DNA of 64,000 bases, taken from an uncultured Gammaproteobacteria bacterium. GTDB taxonomy: Bacteria; Pseudomonadota; Gammaproteobacteria; Arenicellales; JAANXG01. The position numbers and the translations under genes are program-made. The stretch spans positions 75,073 to 139,072 of the forward strand of contig CAMYNL010000013.1 in NCBI GenBank assembly GCA_947259705.1, given 5' to 3'. Shown one piece after another: positions 9,057-17,575 of this stretch; position 1 is the first letter of the stretch; every line of letters begins with the position of its first letter. Below the pieces are notes generated by a model. It had not been told where the DNA came from. It saw only the letters and a list, made by a program, of their open reading frames with translations, and ran no database searches.

Positions 9057-10454
9057 GTGCGGCAGCTTTGGCTGGACCGGCTGCTCGACGCGGTCGCCGA
9101 CCGTGGCCGCGACCTGCTGCACCCTCACGGCAGTCGAGGCTCCCGGCAGTCCGTCGACGAGCTGTGCCGGCGGCTATTGGCGGGTCATGGCGAGGCCTCT
9201 GCGATCGCCCTGGCGCGGGACATCCTGCGGCGCTACCAGGGCATGGACCACGGGACGCGCGCCGAATTCTTCCATACCCTGTTGCGGGACTTCGGCCCCG
9301 ACCCGCAACAGATCAGGGAATGCGCCGACCGCTATCTGGCGTCGCCGAACGACGGTCACGCGCTGATGCGTCTTGTCCAGGTGGTAGAGCCGCCGCGGCA
9401 GGAACTGTTCCGGCGCCTGAACATGGCGCCTCGTGGCACTGCGAGCCTGGTTGCCATGCGAGCGGATCTGCTGCGCCTGTTGGGCGACCATCCGGTCTTG
9501 CTCGCGGTGGATGCCGATCTTCGGCACTTGCTGGCATCGTGGTTCAATCGGGGATTCCTGCGCCTGGAGCGAATCGATTGGCGAACCCCGGCCCAGGTTC
9601 TGGAGAAATTGATCCAGTACGAATCCGTCCACGAGATCAAGGGCTGGAACGACCTGCGCCGCCGGCTTGCGCCAGATCGGCGCTGCTTTGCGTTTTTTCA
9701 TCCCGCACTGCCGGACGAACCACTGATCTTCGTCGAGGTGGCCCTGAGCCGGGAAGTGGCTGCAGAGATCGGCCCGCTCATCTCACAGGATGCGCCAGTG
9801 CAGGACGTGCATGACACTGACACCGCCGTCTTCTATTCCATCAACAATGCCCAGGAGGGGCTGCGGGGGATCTCTTTCGGCAATTTCCTGATCAAGCAGG
9901 TGCTGACCGAGCTGCGGACCGAACTTCCGCACCTGAGGACCTTCGTCACCCTGTCTCCCATGCCCAGATTTACGCAGACCATCGAGGAGATGCTGTCCGG
10001 TAGATCGGACCTGGGCGTGAATCGCGCACAGCTCGATCAGGTACTGCAGGATGACATGCGCGATGTAATGGTTCCCGACCGCGACGGACCCCTTGCATCA
10101 CTGGCGGTGCTGGCGGAAAAGATGGATCGTCCGGATCCCAGGCTGTATCCCCCTATGCGCCATGTCGCGCTGGCCTACCTGACGCTGATGCGCTGCGGCG
10201 GCGACATCTGTGATCCCGTGGCGGCTTTCCACCTTGCCAATGGGGCATCTTTGGAGTGCATCAACCCGTTCGCGGATGTTTCCGTTCATGGCCGCGCCCA
10301 GAGTTTCGGTTGCATGGTCAACTACCGCTACGAGCCGGACAGGTTGGAGGAAAATCACGAGGCCTACATCAATGAGAGCCGGATCGTCATGTCGAAGACT
10401 GTGGCCAGGGATCTAGACGGGCTCAAGGACCGGATCGGCTCGCGGACCGGCTGA
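9057..10454 (+). CDS. Malonyl-CoA decarboxylase (MCD family), high-GC copy, apparently intact
   Basis: Same MCD blocks as the first copy ([78 protein letters not shown]). Identity to the 4796-6145 copy is only about half by eye. Confidence 0.9.
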   Translation: MRQLWLDRLLDAVADRGRDLLHPHGSRGSRQSVDELCRRLLAGHGEASAIALARDILRRYQGMDHGTRAEFFHTLLRDFGPDPQQIRECADRYLASPNDGHALMRLVQVVEPPRQELFRRLNMAPRGTASLVAMRADLLRLLGDHPVLLAVDADLRHLLASWFNRGFLRLERIDWRTPAQVLEKLIQYESVHEIKGWNDLRRRLAPDRRCFAFFHPALPDEPLIFVEVALSREVAAEIGPLISQDAPVQDVHDTDTAVFYSINNAQEGLRGISFGNFLIKQVLTELRTELPHLRTFVTLSPMPRFTQTIEEMLSGRSDLGVNRAQLDQVLQDDMRDVMVPDRDGPLASLAVLAEKMDRPDPRLYPPMRHVALAYLTLMRCGGDICDPVAAFHLANGASLECINPFADVSVHGRAQSFGCMVNYRYEPDRLEENHEAYINESRIVMSKTVARDLDGLKDRIGSRTG

Positions 10455-10496
10455 CATACTGCACAGACCGCCGGGGCAGGAAGCGTCGCCCGCGGT

Positions 10497-10838
10497 TCAG
10501 TCGCGAGCGGGCCCGGGGGGGGGCACGGGAATGGGGAACGGCGTAACCTTACCCGCATTCTCGCCGGTGGCCAGGATCTTGTTTTGGCCCTCCTTGTCGA
10601 CCTCATCGATGCGCACCACGCTGTGCAGGGGTATGTAGGTACGCTTGACGCCCGCGAATTGCGCCTTGAGCTGTTCCTCCGACGGGTCAACCACGAGTTT
10701 CGAGCGTTCACCGAATATGATGTCGGCCACTTCGATGAATGCATACATACTGGCCTGAGTTACTTCGCGGGCATACAGTTCATAGATGTTGCCCTGATTA
10801 TGGAAAATCACCCGGTAGATGTTTTTTTTCGTGCTCAT
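10497..10838 (-). CDS. DUF1820 family protein
   Basis: IYRVIFHNQGNIYELYAREVTQASMYAFIEVADIIFGERSKLVVDPSEEQLKAQFAGVKRTYIPLHSVVRIDEV matches my memory of the DUF1820 family pattern. Confidence 0.75.
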   Translation of the reverse strand: MSTKKNIYRVIFHNQGNIYELYAREVTQASMYAFIEVADIIFGERSKLVVDPSEEQLKAQFAGVKRTYIPLHSVVRIDEVDKEGQNKILATGENAGKVTPFPIPVPPPGPARD

Positions 10839-10841
10839 GAA

Positions 10842-11210
10842 TCAACAAGTCAAGTGCAAGGCCGCTGCGACACTGGCATCCCGTTGCTGCAGCCGGTTAA
10901 ATTCAGCAACGGCTTCCGTGGTGCGCAGGCAGCGAATCTCGATACCCCGTGAAGACAGTTCCAGCTCCGTCGCCTGAGGTATCTGCATGCGGCCGTGCAA
11001 GCCGGTGCCCACCACGAGTATGTCGGGTGATTCCTGCAATATCTCGTGCAGATCCTCCACACAGAGGCTGTGTCCGGTCCGGCGCCTCCATTGATCACGC
11101 ACCCCGCGGCAGGTGATTAGCAGGTCTGAACAATAGCTGCGGCCGTTGATCGTCACCCGGCCAAAGCTGTAGTTGGAAATATACGTAGTTGCGCAAGTAG
11201 AAACGGACAT
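10842..11210 (-). CDS. Mth938-like (DUF498) domain protein
   Basis: FGRVTINGRSY..DLLI....W.....H.L..EDL..IL...PDILVVGTG....QIP......L...GIEI....T.EAV..FN.L......AAALHLTC, including the family-typical C-terminal H.TC. Confidence 0.7.
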   Translation of the reverse strand: MSVSTCATTYISNYSFGRVTINGRSYCSDLLITCRGVRDQWRRRTGHSLCVEDLHEILQESPDILVVGTGLHGRMQIPQATELELSSRGIEIRCLRTTEAVAEFNRLQQRDASVAAALHLTC

Positions 11211-11299
11211 ATTGGCTATTCTAAGAGCAAATGAGATCCCAATGAAGGAAAATAAAGGTCCCGCTAGAGAAGCGCCGGTCGATTTGGTATGTTGCCGCG

Positions 11300-13006
11300 A
11301 TGACCGGTGATGCCTTGTCGCAGCTTACTGATTTCCTGGTCCGGCTGCGTGCGGGTCACCGTTCAGTTGCCGGTTCTGACGATGACGACGGCCCATCCGC
11401 CGTCTATACACTATCGCTGTGCGTGGCAGCGCTCGAAGACCTGGTGTTTTATGCGTCTAGTTCCCGGCACCGCGTTCCCCAGGTCGTCGTCATGGGGCCC
11501 ACCCAGGTCGGCAAAAGCACGCTGGTGAATCTGCTGCTGGAGCGTGATGCCGCCCGGCCCAGTCCGCTCGCGGGATTTACGCGCAGCCTCCAGGGTTTTG
11601 CTGTCAATGTGGCGGACACCAGCATGGACGCCCTGCGAACATTTATGTCCAAGGGGGGCGACGTCGACGGAGAGGTGTCAGTGGCAGACTTCACCGGCGG
11701 GCGCGGTGGACCGGTTCTGGTCTGGGACACGCCCGATTTCGACTCCCATGCGTCGCGCGAATACCGGACCCTGCTGCCCCGGGTGGCCGGCGTGGCGGAC
11801 GTGCTGCTGTTGGTGTTGAGCAAGGAGAAGTATGCCGACCTGTCGGTGTGGACCATGCTCGACCCTATCAGGATGCTGCAAACGCCACTGGTAGTGTGCC
11901 TGAACAAGACCGACCAGCCCGAGCAACTGTTGGCCCCCTTGACAAAGCACATCGTGGAGTCGGGGTTCGACCCCGGGCAGGTGGCGATATATAGCTTGCC
12001 CTATGTAGGTAGCGCCCAGCTCGAAGAATTGAATGCACTGTCGGCCGCCGCCGACCTGCGCCGCACGGTCATGGAGCACGTCGTCCCGCGTGATCGAACC
12101 GCCCGCGTCGCCGGCGCGAAGCGGCTCATGGAAAAGTATTGGAATGTCTGGATCGCCCCTGTTCGGGAGGAACTCGCGGGCCTGGACGCATGGCAACGGG
12201 ACATCGATGAGGTCTTGGCCGGGGCGCTGGCCGTTTACCGCGAGCAGTATCTCGACCATGCGCGGTACGAGAACACCTTCAACCGCGCCGTGTTGCGGTT
12301 ACTGGAGTTGCTGGAGATTCCGGGCATCGCCGGTGCCATGACGCAGCTGCGGCGGGTCCTGACCTGGCCGCTGCGGCGCCTGCGGGTAGCCGGCGTTGAC
12401 CGCCAGCCCTGGTCCGGCGAAGACGCGGAGACCGAGGTACTGACGGAGCTGTTCGACCATTTATGGCTGGTCCTCGAGCGGCGGTTGAATGACCGTATCG
12501 GCGATGATCATGCCGGTCGTTGGTGTCGGGCCCTGCGCGATGCGCTACCGCCGACCGCGGAGATAAGGCGTGATTACTTATCGGCGGTCGGCGGCTACCA
12601 GAAATCGTTTCAGCCGGAGGTGGAACAGGCCGGCGAGCGACTGTATGACCGCTTGCAGGAGAGCCCGCTGACGCTGAATACGCTGCGCGCGGGACGGGTC
12701 GGCGCTGATGCCGCGGGCGTGGTTGTCGCCCTGAAGACCGGCACAGTGGGGATCACCGAGGCGGTATTGACGCCGGCCATGCTCTCGCTGACGTCGGTGC
12801 TGACCGAGAGCGCCGTGGGCAGGTACGTGGACAGCGTCCGCGATGATCTCAGGCAACGCCAGTACTTGCAGGTCGAGAAGCTCCTGGACGGTCTGCTGCG
12901 GGCGAAGCTGCTGGCGGTTCCGGAAAACATGGATGAGCGGGGTTTGTTCAACATCGACGCCGAAGCGCTCACAGCCGCCGACGCTGCGCGCAGGGCGCTG
13001 ACGTGA
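11300..13006 (+). CDS. Dynamin-like / HSR1-type GTPase, partner 1 (568 aa)
   Basis: P-loop GPTQVGKST, switch-II-like VLVWDTPDFDS and NKTD (G4). A ~360 aa Arg/Leu/Glu-rich helical region follows, then a hydrophobic patch AAGVVVALKTGTVGITEAVLTPAMLSLTSVL. Its stop overlaps the GTG of the next gene. Confidence 0.8.
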   Translation: MTGDALSQLTDFLVRLRAGHRSVAGSDDDDGPSAVYTLSLCVAALEDLVFYASSSRHRVPQVVVMGPTQVGKSTLVNLLLERDAARPSPLAGFTRSLQGFAVNVADTSMDALRTFMSKGGDVDGEVSVADFTGGRGGPVLVWDTPDFDSHASREYRTLLPRVAGVADVLLLVLSKEKYADLSVWTMLDPIRMLQTPLVVCLNKTDQPEQLLAPLTKHIVESGFDPGQVAIYSLPYVGSAQLEELNALSAAADLRRTVMEHVVPRDRTARVAGAKRLMEKYWNVWIAPVREELAGLDAWQRDIDEVLAGALAVYREQYLDHARYENTFNRAVLRLLELLEIPGIAGAMTQLRRVLTWPLRRLRVAGVDRQPWSGEDAETEVLTELFDHLWLVLERRLNDRIGDDHAGRWCRALRDALPPTAEIRRDYLSAVGGYQKSFQPEVEQAGERLYDRLQESPLTLNTLRAGRVGADAAGVVVALKTGTVGITEAVLTPAMLSLTSVLTESAVGRYVDSVRDDLRQRQYLQVEKLLDGLLRAKLLAVPENMDERGLFNIDAEALTAADAARRALT

Positions 13007-14550
13007 CTGCGGAACTGGAACCGGCCTTCGCCAGGCTTCATGAATGGGCGCGTCAGGCGCAGCAGGGCGGATGGCTGAGCAGGGCGGACGTGCAGGAGAT
13101 GGGGCGTATAGAACGCCAGAACGCGGACGAGTTGTTTGCCGCCGGCAAGCCGCGGCCGTTACTGGTGGGGCTGTTCGGCGGCACCGGGGTGGGCAAGAGC
13201 AGTCTGCTCAACCGCCTGGCCGGGGAGAACATCGCCCGGGTGGGCGCGGAGCGGCCGACGTCGCGGGAAGTCACGCTCTATCTGCACCAGGACCATGCCC
13301 TCGAATCATTGCCCCCGGAGTTTCCGCTGGCCCGTACCCGGATCCAGTATCATCACGACCGGCAACGCCGTGACATCGCCTGGATCGACATGCCGGACAT
13401 CGACAGCACGCACAGGGCGAACCGTGAACTTGTGTTCGCCTGGCTGCCGTACATCGACTGGCTGATCTACGTAGTGAGCCCGGAACGGTATCGCGACGAC
13501 GCCGGTTGGAAGGTGCTGCGCGAGCGTGGACACAGGCACGAATGGCTGTTTGTCATCAACCACTGGGACACCGCCGAGCCGGAGCAGTATGACGCCTTCG
13601 TTTCCGACCTGGCCGGCGCCGGTATCGACCGGCCCAGGGTGTTGCGTACCAGCTGCACGATCGACTGTGAAGAGGACGAGTTTGCGCGGCTGGAAGAACT
13701 CATACGAAACGCCATCGAACAACATGGTCTGGAGGAACTCAAGCGACTCGGTATCCTGGCGAAACTGCGCGACCTGGCACAGCTGAGCGATGATTTCCGC
13801 TCGCGCCTGGGCAGCGAGGAGGCGTGGCAGACGGTTTGCGGGCGAATCCGGGAACGCTCGGGCAATATCCTGTCTCGCCTGCGGCAGTCGCTGGCCTGGT
13901 CGTTTGCGCTCATCTCCGGCCGGTTCCCGGAGCCCCGCCGCGGCTGGCGCGACAAGGGCGGTATGCGGCAGCGCAATATCCCGGCCGCGGATGAGCTGCG
14001 CGCGGCGATCTGGGGGCCGCAGGCGGATAGCTATGTTGCCGATGTGGTCAACGAGGCGGTGGTGGCCGCCGCGGAAAACGGCGTCCCGGTGGAGCCAGTG
14101 GAACGGGCAGTGGGGGTGATGGCCCGGCAGGTGCCCGGGTTGGTCACCGAGATTTCGTTGTCCCGCCTGCGGCAGGCGCTGCTGAAACCGGGACCTGCCT
14201 GGCAGCGGGCCCTGTTCCGGCTGACCGGGGCTCTGCGCAGGGTATTGCCCGCGGCGGCTGCTGCATGGGCGGTATATCACCTGGTAACCCGTTTTCACGC
14301 GGGAACCACGGGGCGGGGCGAGTTGCTGGGGCTGGACTTCGCGGTCCACAGTTTCGTGCTCATCTCCTGCGCCTGGTTGCTGCCCTACCTGATGCACCGC
14401 CTGTCCAAACCGTCACTGCGCAAGGCTGCGCGACGCGGCCTGGAACAGGGCGCCGCCGCTGCCATTCAGCAGTCTGAACAGGAGTTGGCCTCAGTACTGG
14501 AGAAGCTGGGAGAGGAGCGCCGGCAGCTGCTGCTGCAACTCAAGGATTGA
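13003..14550 (+). CDS. Dynamin-like GTPase, partner 2 (515 aa) with C-terminal hydrophobic hairpin
   Basis: P-loop GGTGVGKSS, IAWIDMPDIDS and NHWD (degenerate G4). Helical stalk, then predicted membrane hairpin AAAAWAVYHLV...FAVHSFVLISCAWLLPYLM and a terminal coiled segment. Paralogous to partner 1 (shared D.PD.DS ... V.S.E.Y.D ... N..D spacing). Confidence 0.8.
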   Translation: MTAELEPAFARLHEWARQAQQGGWLSRADVQEMGRIERQNADELFAAGKPRPLLVGLFGGTGVGKSSLLNRLAGENIARVGAERPTSREVTLYLHQDHALESLPPEFPLARTRIQYHHDRQRRDIAWIDMPDIDSTHRANRELVFAWLPYIDWLIYVVSPERYRDDAGWKVLRERGHRHEWLFVINHWDTAEPEQYDAFVSDLAGAGIDRPRVLRTSCTIDCEEDEFARLEELIRNAIEQHGLEELKRLGILAKLRDLAQLSDDFRSRLGSEEAWQTVCGRIRERSGNILSRLRQSLAWSFALISGRFPEPRRGWRDKGGMRQRNIPAADELRAAIWGPQADSYVADVVNEAVVAAAENGVPVEPVERAVGVMARQVPGLVTEISLSRLRQALLKPGPAWQRALFRLTGALRRVLPAAAAAWAVYHLVTRFHAGTTGRGELLGLDFAVHSFVLISCAWLLPYLMHRLSKPSLRKAARRGLEQGAAAAIQQSEQELASVLEKLGEERRQLLLQLKD

Positions 14551-15826
14551 GAATGCGCGCGCGCAAGGTCCCGTCGACGTGCTTCAGTTGTTCCAGCCGT
14601 TCGGCATCGAAGCCATCGGCAGCCTCGAAATCGATCACGACGTAGCCGATCTGGTCGTCCGTCTGCAGGTACTGACCGGATATGTTGACCCCGCTCTGAG
14701 AGAAGACGGCATTAAGCGCGGCCAGCACGCCAGGCTGGTTTTGGTGTATGTGCAGCAGACGGTATGTGCCGGCATGAGGTGGCAACGATACTTGGGGAAA
14801 ATTTACCGCGGACACGGAGGACCCATTGCCATCATACTTGATGAGCTTCTCCGCCACCTCGACCCCGATGCTTTGCTGCGCTTCCTGCGTGCTGCCACCT
14901 ACATGGGGCGTCAACAGCACATTGTCGAGCCCGCGCAGCGGGGAGATGAACTCGTCCTGGTTGGATTTCGGTTCCTCGGGAAAGACGTCCACGGCCGCGC
15001 CACGCAAGCGTCCTTCCTGCAATGCTTCCACCAGCGCCCCGATATCCACGACCGTGCCGCGCGAGGCGTTGATGAAGGCCGCGCCATGCTTCATCTTGGC
15101 GAAGGCGCCATGGCCCATCATGTTGCGGGTGTCGGGTGACTCGGGCACGTGCAGGGTCACTACATCAGCCGTATGCAGTAACGCCGCCAGGCTGCGCACA
15201 GGCGTGGCATTGCCCAGGGCCAGCTTGGTCTCGATATCGTAAAAGAAAACACGCATTCCCAGTGCTTCCGCCAGCAGACCGACCTGGGTGCCGATATGCC
15301 CGTAACCGACGATCCCCAGGCTCTTGCCGCGCACCTCGAAGGCGCCGGTTGCCGACTTCATCCACTGCCCCTGGTGCGCCAGGGCACTCTTGCGCGGGAT
15401 GTCCCGGAGCAACAGGATGGCTTCCGCCAGGACCAGCTCGGCGACGCTCCGCGTGTTGGAGAAAGGCGCATTGAACACCGGTATGCCGCGCGCCCGGGCA
15501 GCGACGAGGTCAACCTGGTTGGTGCCGATGCAGTAACAGCAGATGGCCCTCAACTGGGGCGACGCGTCAAGTACCCGTTCGGTGACCTGGGTACGCGATC
15601 TGATGCCAAGGTAGTGCGTGTCCCGCACGGCCTGCAGTATTTCTGCCTCGGGGAGCGCGCCGTCTCGTTGCACCACCTGTGAATAACCGGCTTCCAGCAG
15701 GGTGTCGGCGGCACTCTGGTGGATGCCCTCCAGTAACAGCACGTTGATCTCCGTCCTGGGGCGCGAGAACCGCACGGGTGCCGAATTGGTTGACCGTTCT
15801 TCTGTGCTGGTGCTGTTCATGGCCAC
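14540..15826 (-). CDS. serA: D-3-phosphoglycerate dehydrogenase with C-terminal ACT domain
   Basis: About 410-428 aa E. coli-type SerA: INVLLLEGIHQSAADTL N-terminus, NAD-binding GIVGYGHIGTQVG, and an ACT-like tail (HIHQNQPGVLAALN). Confidence 0.9.
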   Translation of the reverse strand: MAMNSTSTEERSTNSAPVRFSRPRTEINVLLLEGIHQSAADTLLEAGYSQVVQRDGALPEAEILQAVRDTHYLGIRSRTQVTERVLDASPQLRAICCYCIGTNQVDLVAARARGIPVFNAPFSNTRSVAELVLAEAILLLRDIPRKSALAHQGQWMKSATGAFEVRGKSLGIVGYGHIGTQVGLLAEALGMRVFFYDIETKLALGNATPVRSLAALLHTADVVTLHVPESPDTRNMMGHGAFAKMKHGAAFINASRGTVVDIGALVEALQEGRLRGAAVDVFPEEPKSNQDEFISPLRGLDNVLLTPHVGGSTQEAQQSIGVEVAEKLIKYDGNGSSVSAVNFPQVSLPPHAGTYRLLHIHQNQPGVLAALNAVFSQSGVNISGQYLQTDDQIGYVVIDFEAADGFDAERLEQLKHVDGTLRARILNP

Positions 15827-15969
15827 ACGTGCCGGGAACCGGGGCGCGTAGACTAACGTCGATGACCGGCTGTTCGCAACCGCGGGAACGCGGCGCTGCC
15901 GGCAAAGCGCGGGTCGCGATCGGTTGCGGGGTGGGTATGCGGGTCCGCTGCAGTTACAATCGAGGCGTC

Positions 15970-16770
15970 ATGTCGCGCTCGATTGAAGACCTGCTCGCGA
16001 TCATGTCCCGGCTGCGGGATCCCGAGCATGGCTGTCCCTGGGACCTGGAGCAGGATTTCTCCTCCATTGCACCGTACACCGTCGAGGAGGCCTACGAGGT
16101 GGCTGATGCCATCGAACGCGGCGCCCTCGACGAGTTGCGCGGGGAACTCGGAGACCTGCTGTTGCAAGTGGTGTTCCATGCCCAGATGGCCCGGGAACAG
16201 GGCAAGTTCGACTTCGGCGACGTGGTCGAGGCCATCTGCGAAAAAATGATATGCCGACATCCGCATGTTTTCGCTGACTCGAGCGTGTCCGGAAGGCAGG
16301 AACTGCATCAGGCATGGGAACAGCACAAGGAGCGAGAGCGCGACCAGAGGTCGCCGCGGCAAAGCGCCCTGGACGGCGTGGCGCTGGCGCTGCCCGCGCT
16401 GCTGCGATCCGAGAAACTGCAGCGCCGCGCCGCGCGGGTGGGCTTTGACTGGGACCAGGTGGCAGGCGTGATCGGGAAGTGCAGGGAGGAACTGGCTGAA
16501 CTGGAAGCGGAGCTGGCGTGCCCGGGCGACGGGTCGGCGGTGGCCGAGGAGCTTGGTGACCTGTTGTTCAGTTGCGTCAATCTGGCCCGCCACGCGGGCG
16601 TTGCAGCGGAGCAGGCGCTGCAGGCCTCCAACCGCAAGTTCGAGCGACGGTTTCACGCCATGGAGCGCCTGCTGCAGGGGACGGACAAGAAGATGCAGGA
16701 CCTGTCGCTGCCAGAACTCGATGCCTTGTGGAAGCAGGTCAAGCGAGCCGGCCACTGTGACAGCGGTTGA
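15970..16770 (+). CDS. mazG: Nucleoside triphosphate pyrophosphohydrolase MazG
   Basis: LLAIMSRLRDPEHGCPWDLEQDFSSIAPYTVEEAYEVADAIE plus a second EELGDLLFSCVNLARH MazG repeat. Start chosen at ATG 15970. Confidence 0.9.
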   Translation: MSRSIEDLLAIMSRLRDPEHGCPWDLEQDFSSIAPYTVEEAYEVADAIERGALDELRGELGDLLLQVVFHAQMAREQGKFDFGDVVEAICEKMICRHPHVFADSSVSGRQELHQAWEQHKERERDQRSPRQSALDGVALALPALLRSEKLQRRAARVGFDWDQVAGVIGKCREELAELEAELACPGDGSAVAEELGDLLFSCVNLARHAGVAAEQALQASNRKFERRFHAMERLLQGTDKKMQDLSLPELDALWKQVKRAGHCDSG

Positions 16771-16931
16771 CGGGGTGCGCGACGGGTGAACTGCCGTGTT
16801 TTGAATCCGGTGACCGCGCGCAGTTTGAGCGGCGCCGACCGGCGGTGCCCGCGAACGGCCCGCCGGGGTTGGCGTCGCCGTGCACCAGCCGCATCCGAGG
16901 CCGGATAAACAGCAATCTAGGAGTCTGTCTC

Positions 16932-17327
16932 ATGTTCATGCCATTGACGATACCTTTCGGGGCAGTAATGCTCTACAACGTGGTCAAACTAAAGCCCGCT
17001 GTCACCATGGACGAGGTCGAACTGGCGATTGGCGAGATGTGCAATGTAGTCAAGAACGCCTATGGGGACGATGTCGGGGGGTTCATCGGTGGCCAGGTGT
17101 TCAAGTTCTCCGGGTTCATATCCGACGAAGGAACGGTGGATGCCGACCAGAGCACGGACGCGCATGTCGCCATCGTCACATACTGGAAGTCCTTTGAACA
17201 CCACGAGCGTTCACACGCCGATCACGTGTTCAAGGATCGTTTCGAAGCGCTCGCGCAGTACTGCTCGGAAACCTACGAAATCGGCTACGAGATGCTGTGG
17301 CAGGGAGAGCCGGAGGAGGATCGATGA
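16932..17327 (+). CDS. Hypothetical protein, possibly ABM/Dabb ferredoxin-like fold
   Basis: High-GC3 coding frame. IVTYWKSFEHHERSHADHVFKDRFEAL resembles antibiotic-biosynthesis-monooxygenase-like domains. Start is uncertain (16932 or 16965). Confidence 0.5.
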   Translation: MFMPLTIPFGAVMLYNVVKLKPAVTMDEVELAIGEMCNVVKNAYGDDVGGFIGGQVFKFSGFISDEGTVDADQSTDAHVAIVTYWKSFEHHERSHADHVFKDRFEALAQYCSETYEIGYEMLWQGEPEEDR

Positions 17328-17575
17328 AAACCGCAGTGGTCTTGCGGTCCCGGACAGTACATCGGCCTGTGTAACCGGCCCTATGGCGGTCCGTGACCTC
17401 CCTGTCTGGTGGGGCCGGGGACAGAGCGGTGCGTGCGACCAAGACCGATTGAAGCACTTGTCAACCGATAAGCCCTGGCAGCACCGCCGCGGCGCGCCGG
17501 TGCAATACCCGGTTACAATGAAGCGCTCTGAAGGGTGTGCTCGTATGCCAATGTGCTGCCGCCGCTGTATGCCGT

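Noticed and set aside
9068-9814. 248-aa alternative-frame ORF inside the second malonyl-CoA decarboxylase gene
   Set aside because: It is an Arg/Ala/Pro/Gly-rich overlapping frame. The 9057 frame carries all the MCD signature blocks.
13306-14397. 363-aa ORF antisense to GTPase partner 2
   Set aside because: It is an Arg/Pro/Gly/Gln-rich low-complexity translation, typical of the open antisense frame of a high-GC gene. The sense strand has clear P-loop GTPase motifs.
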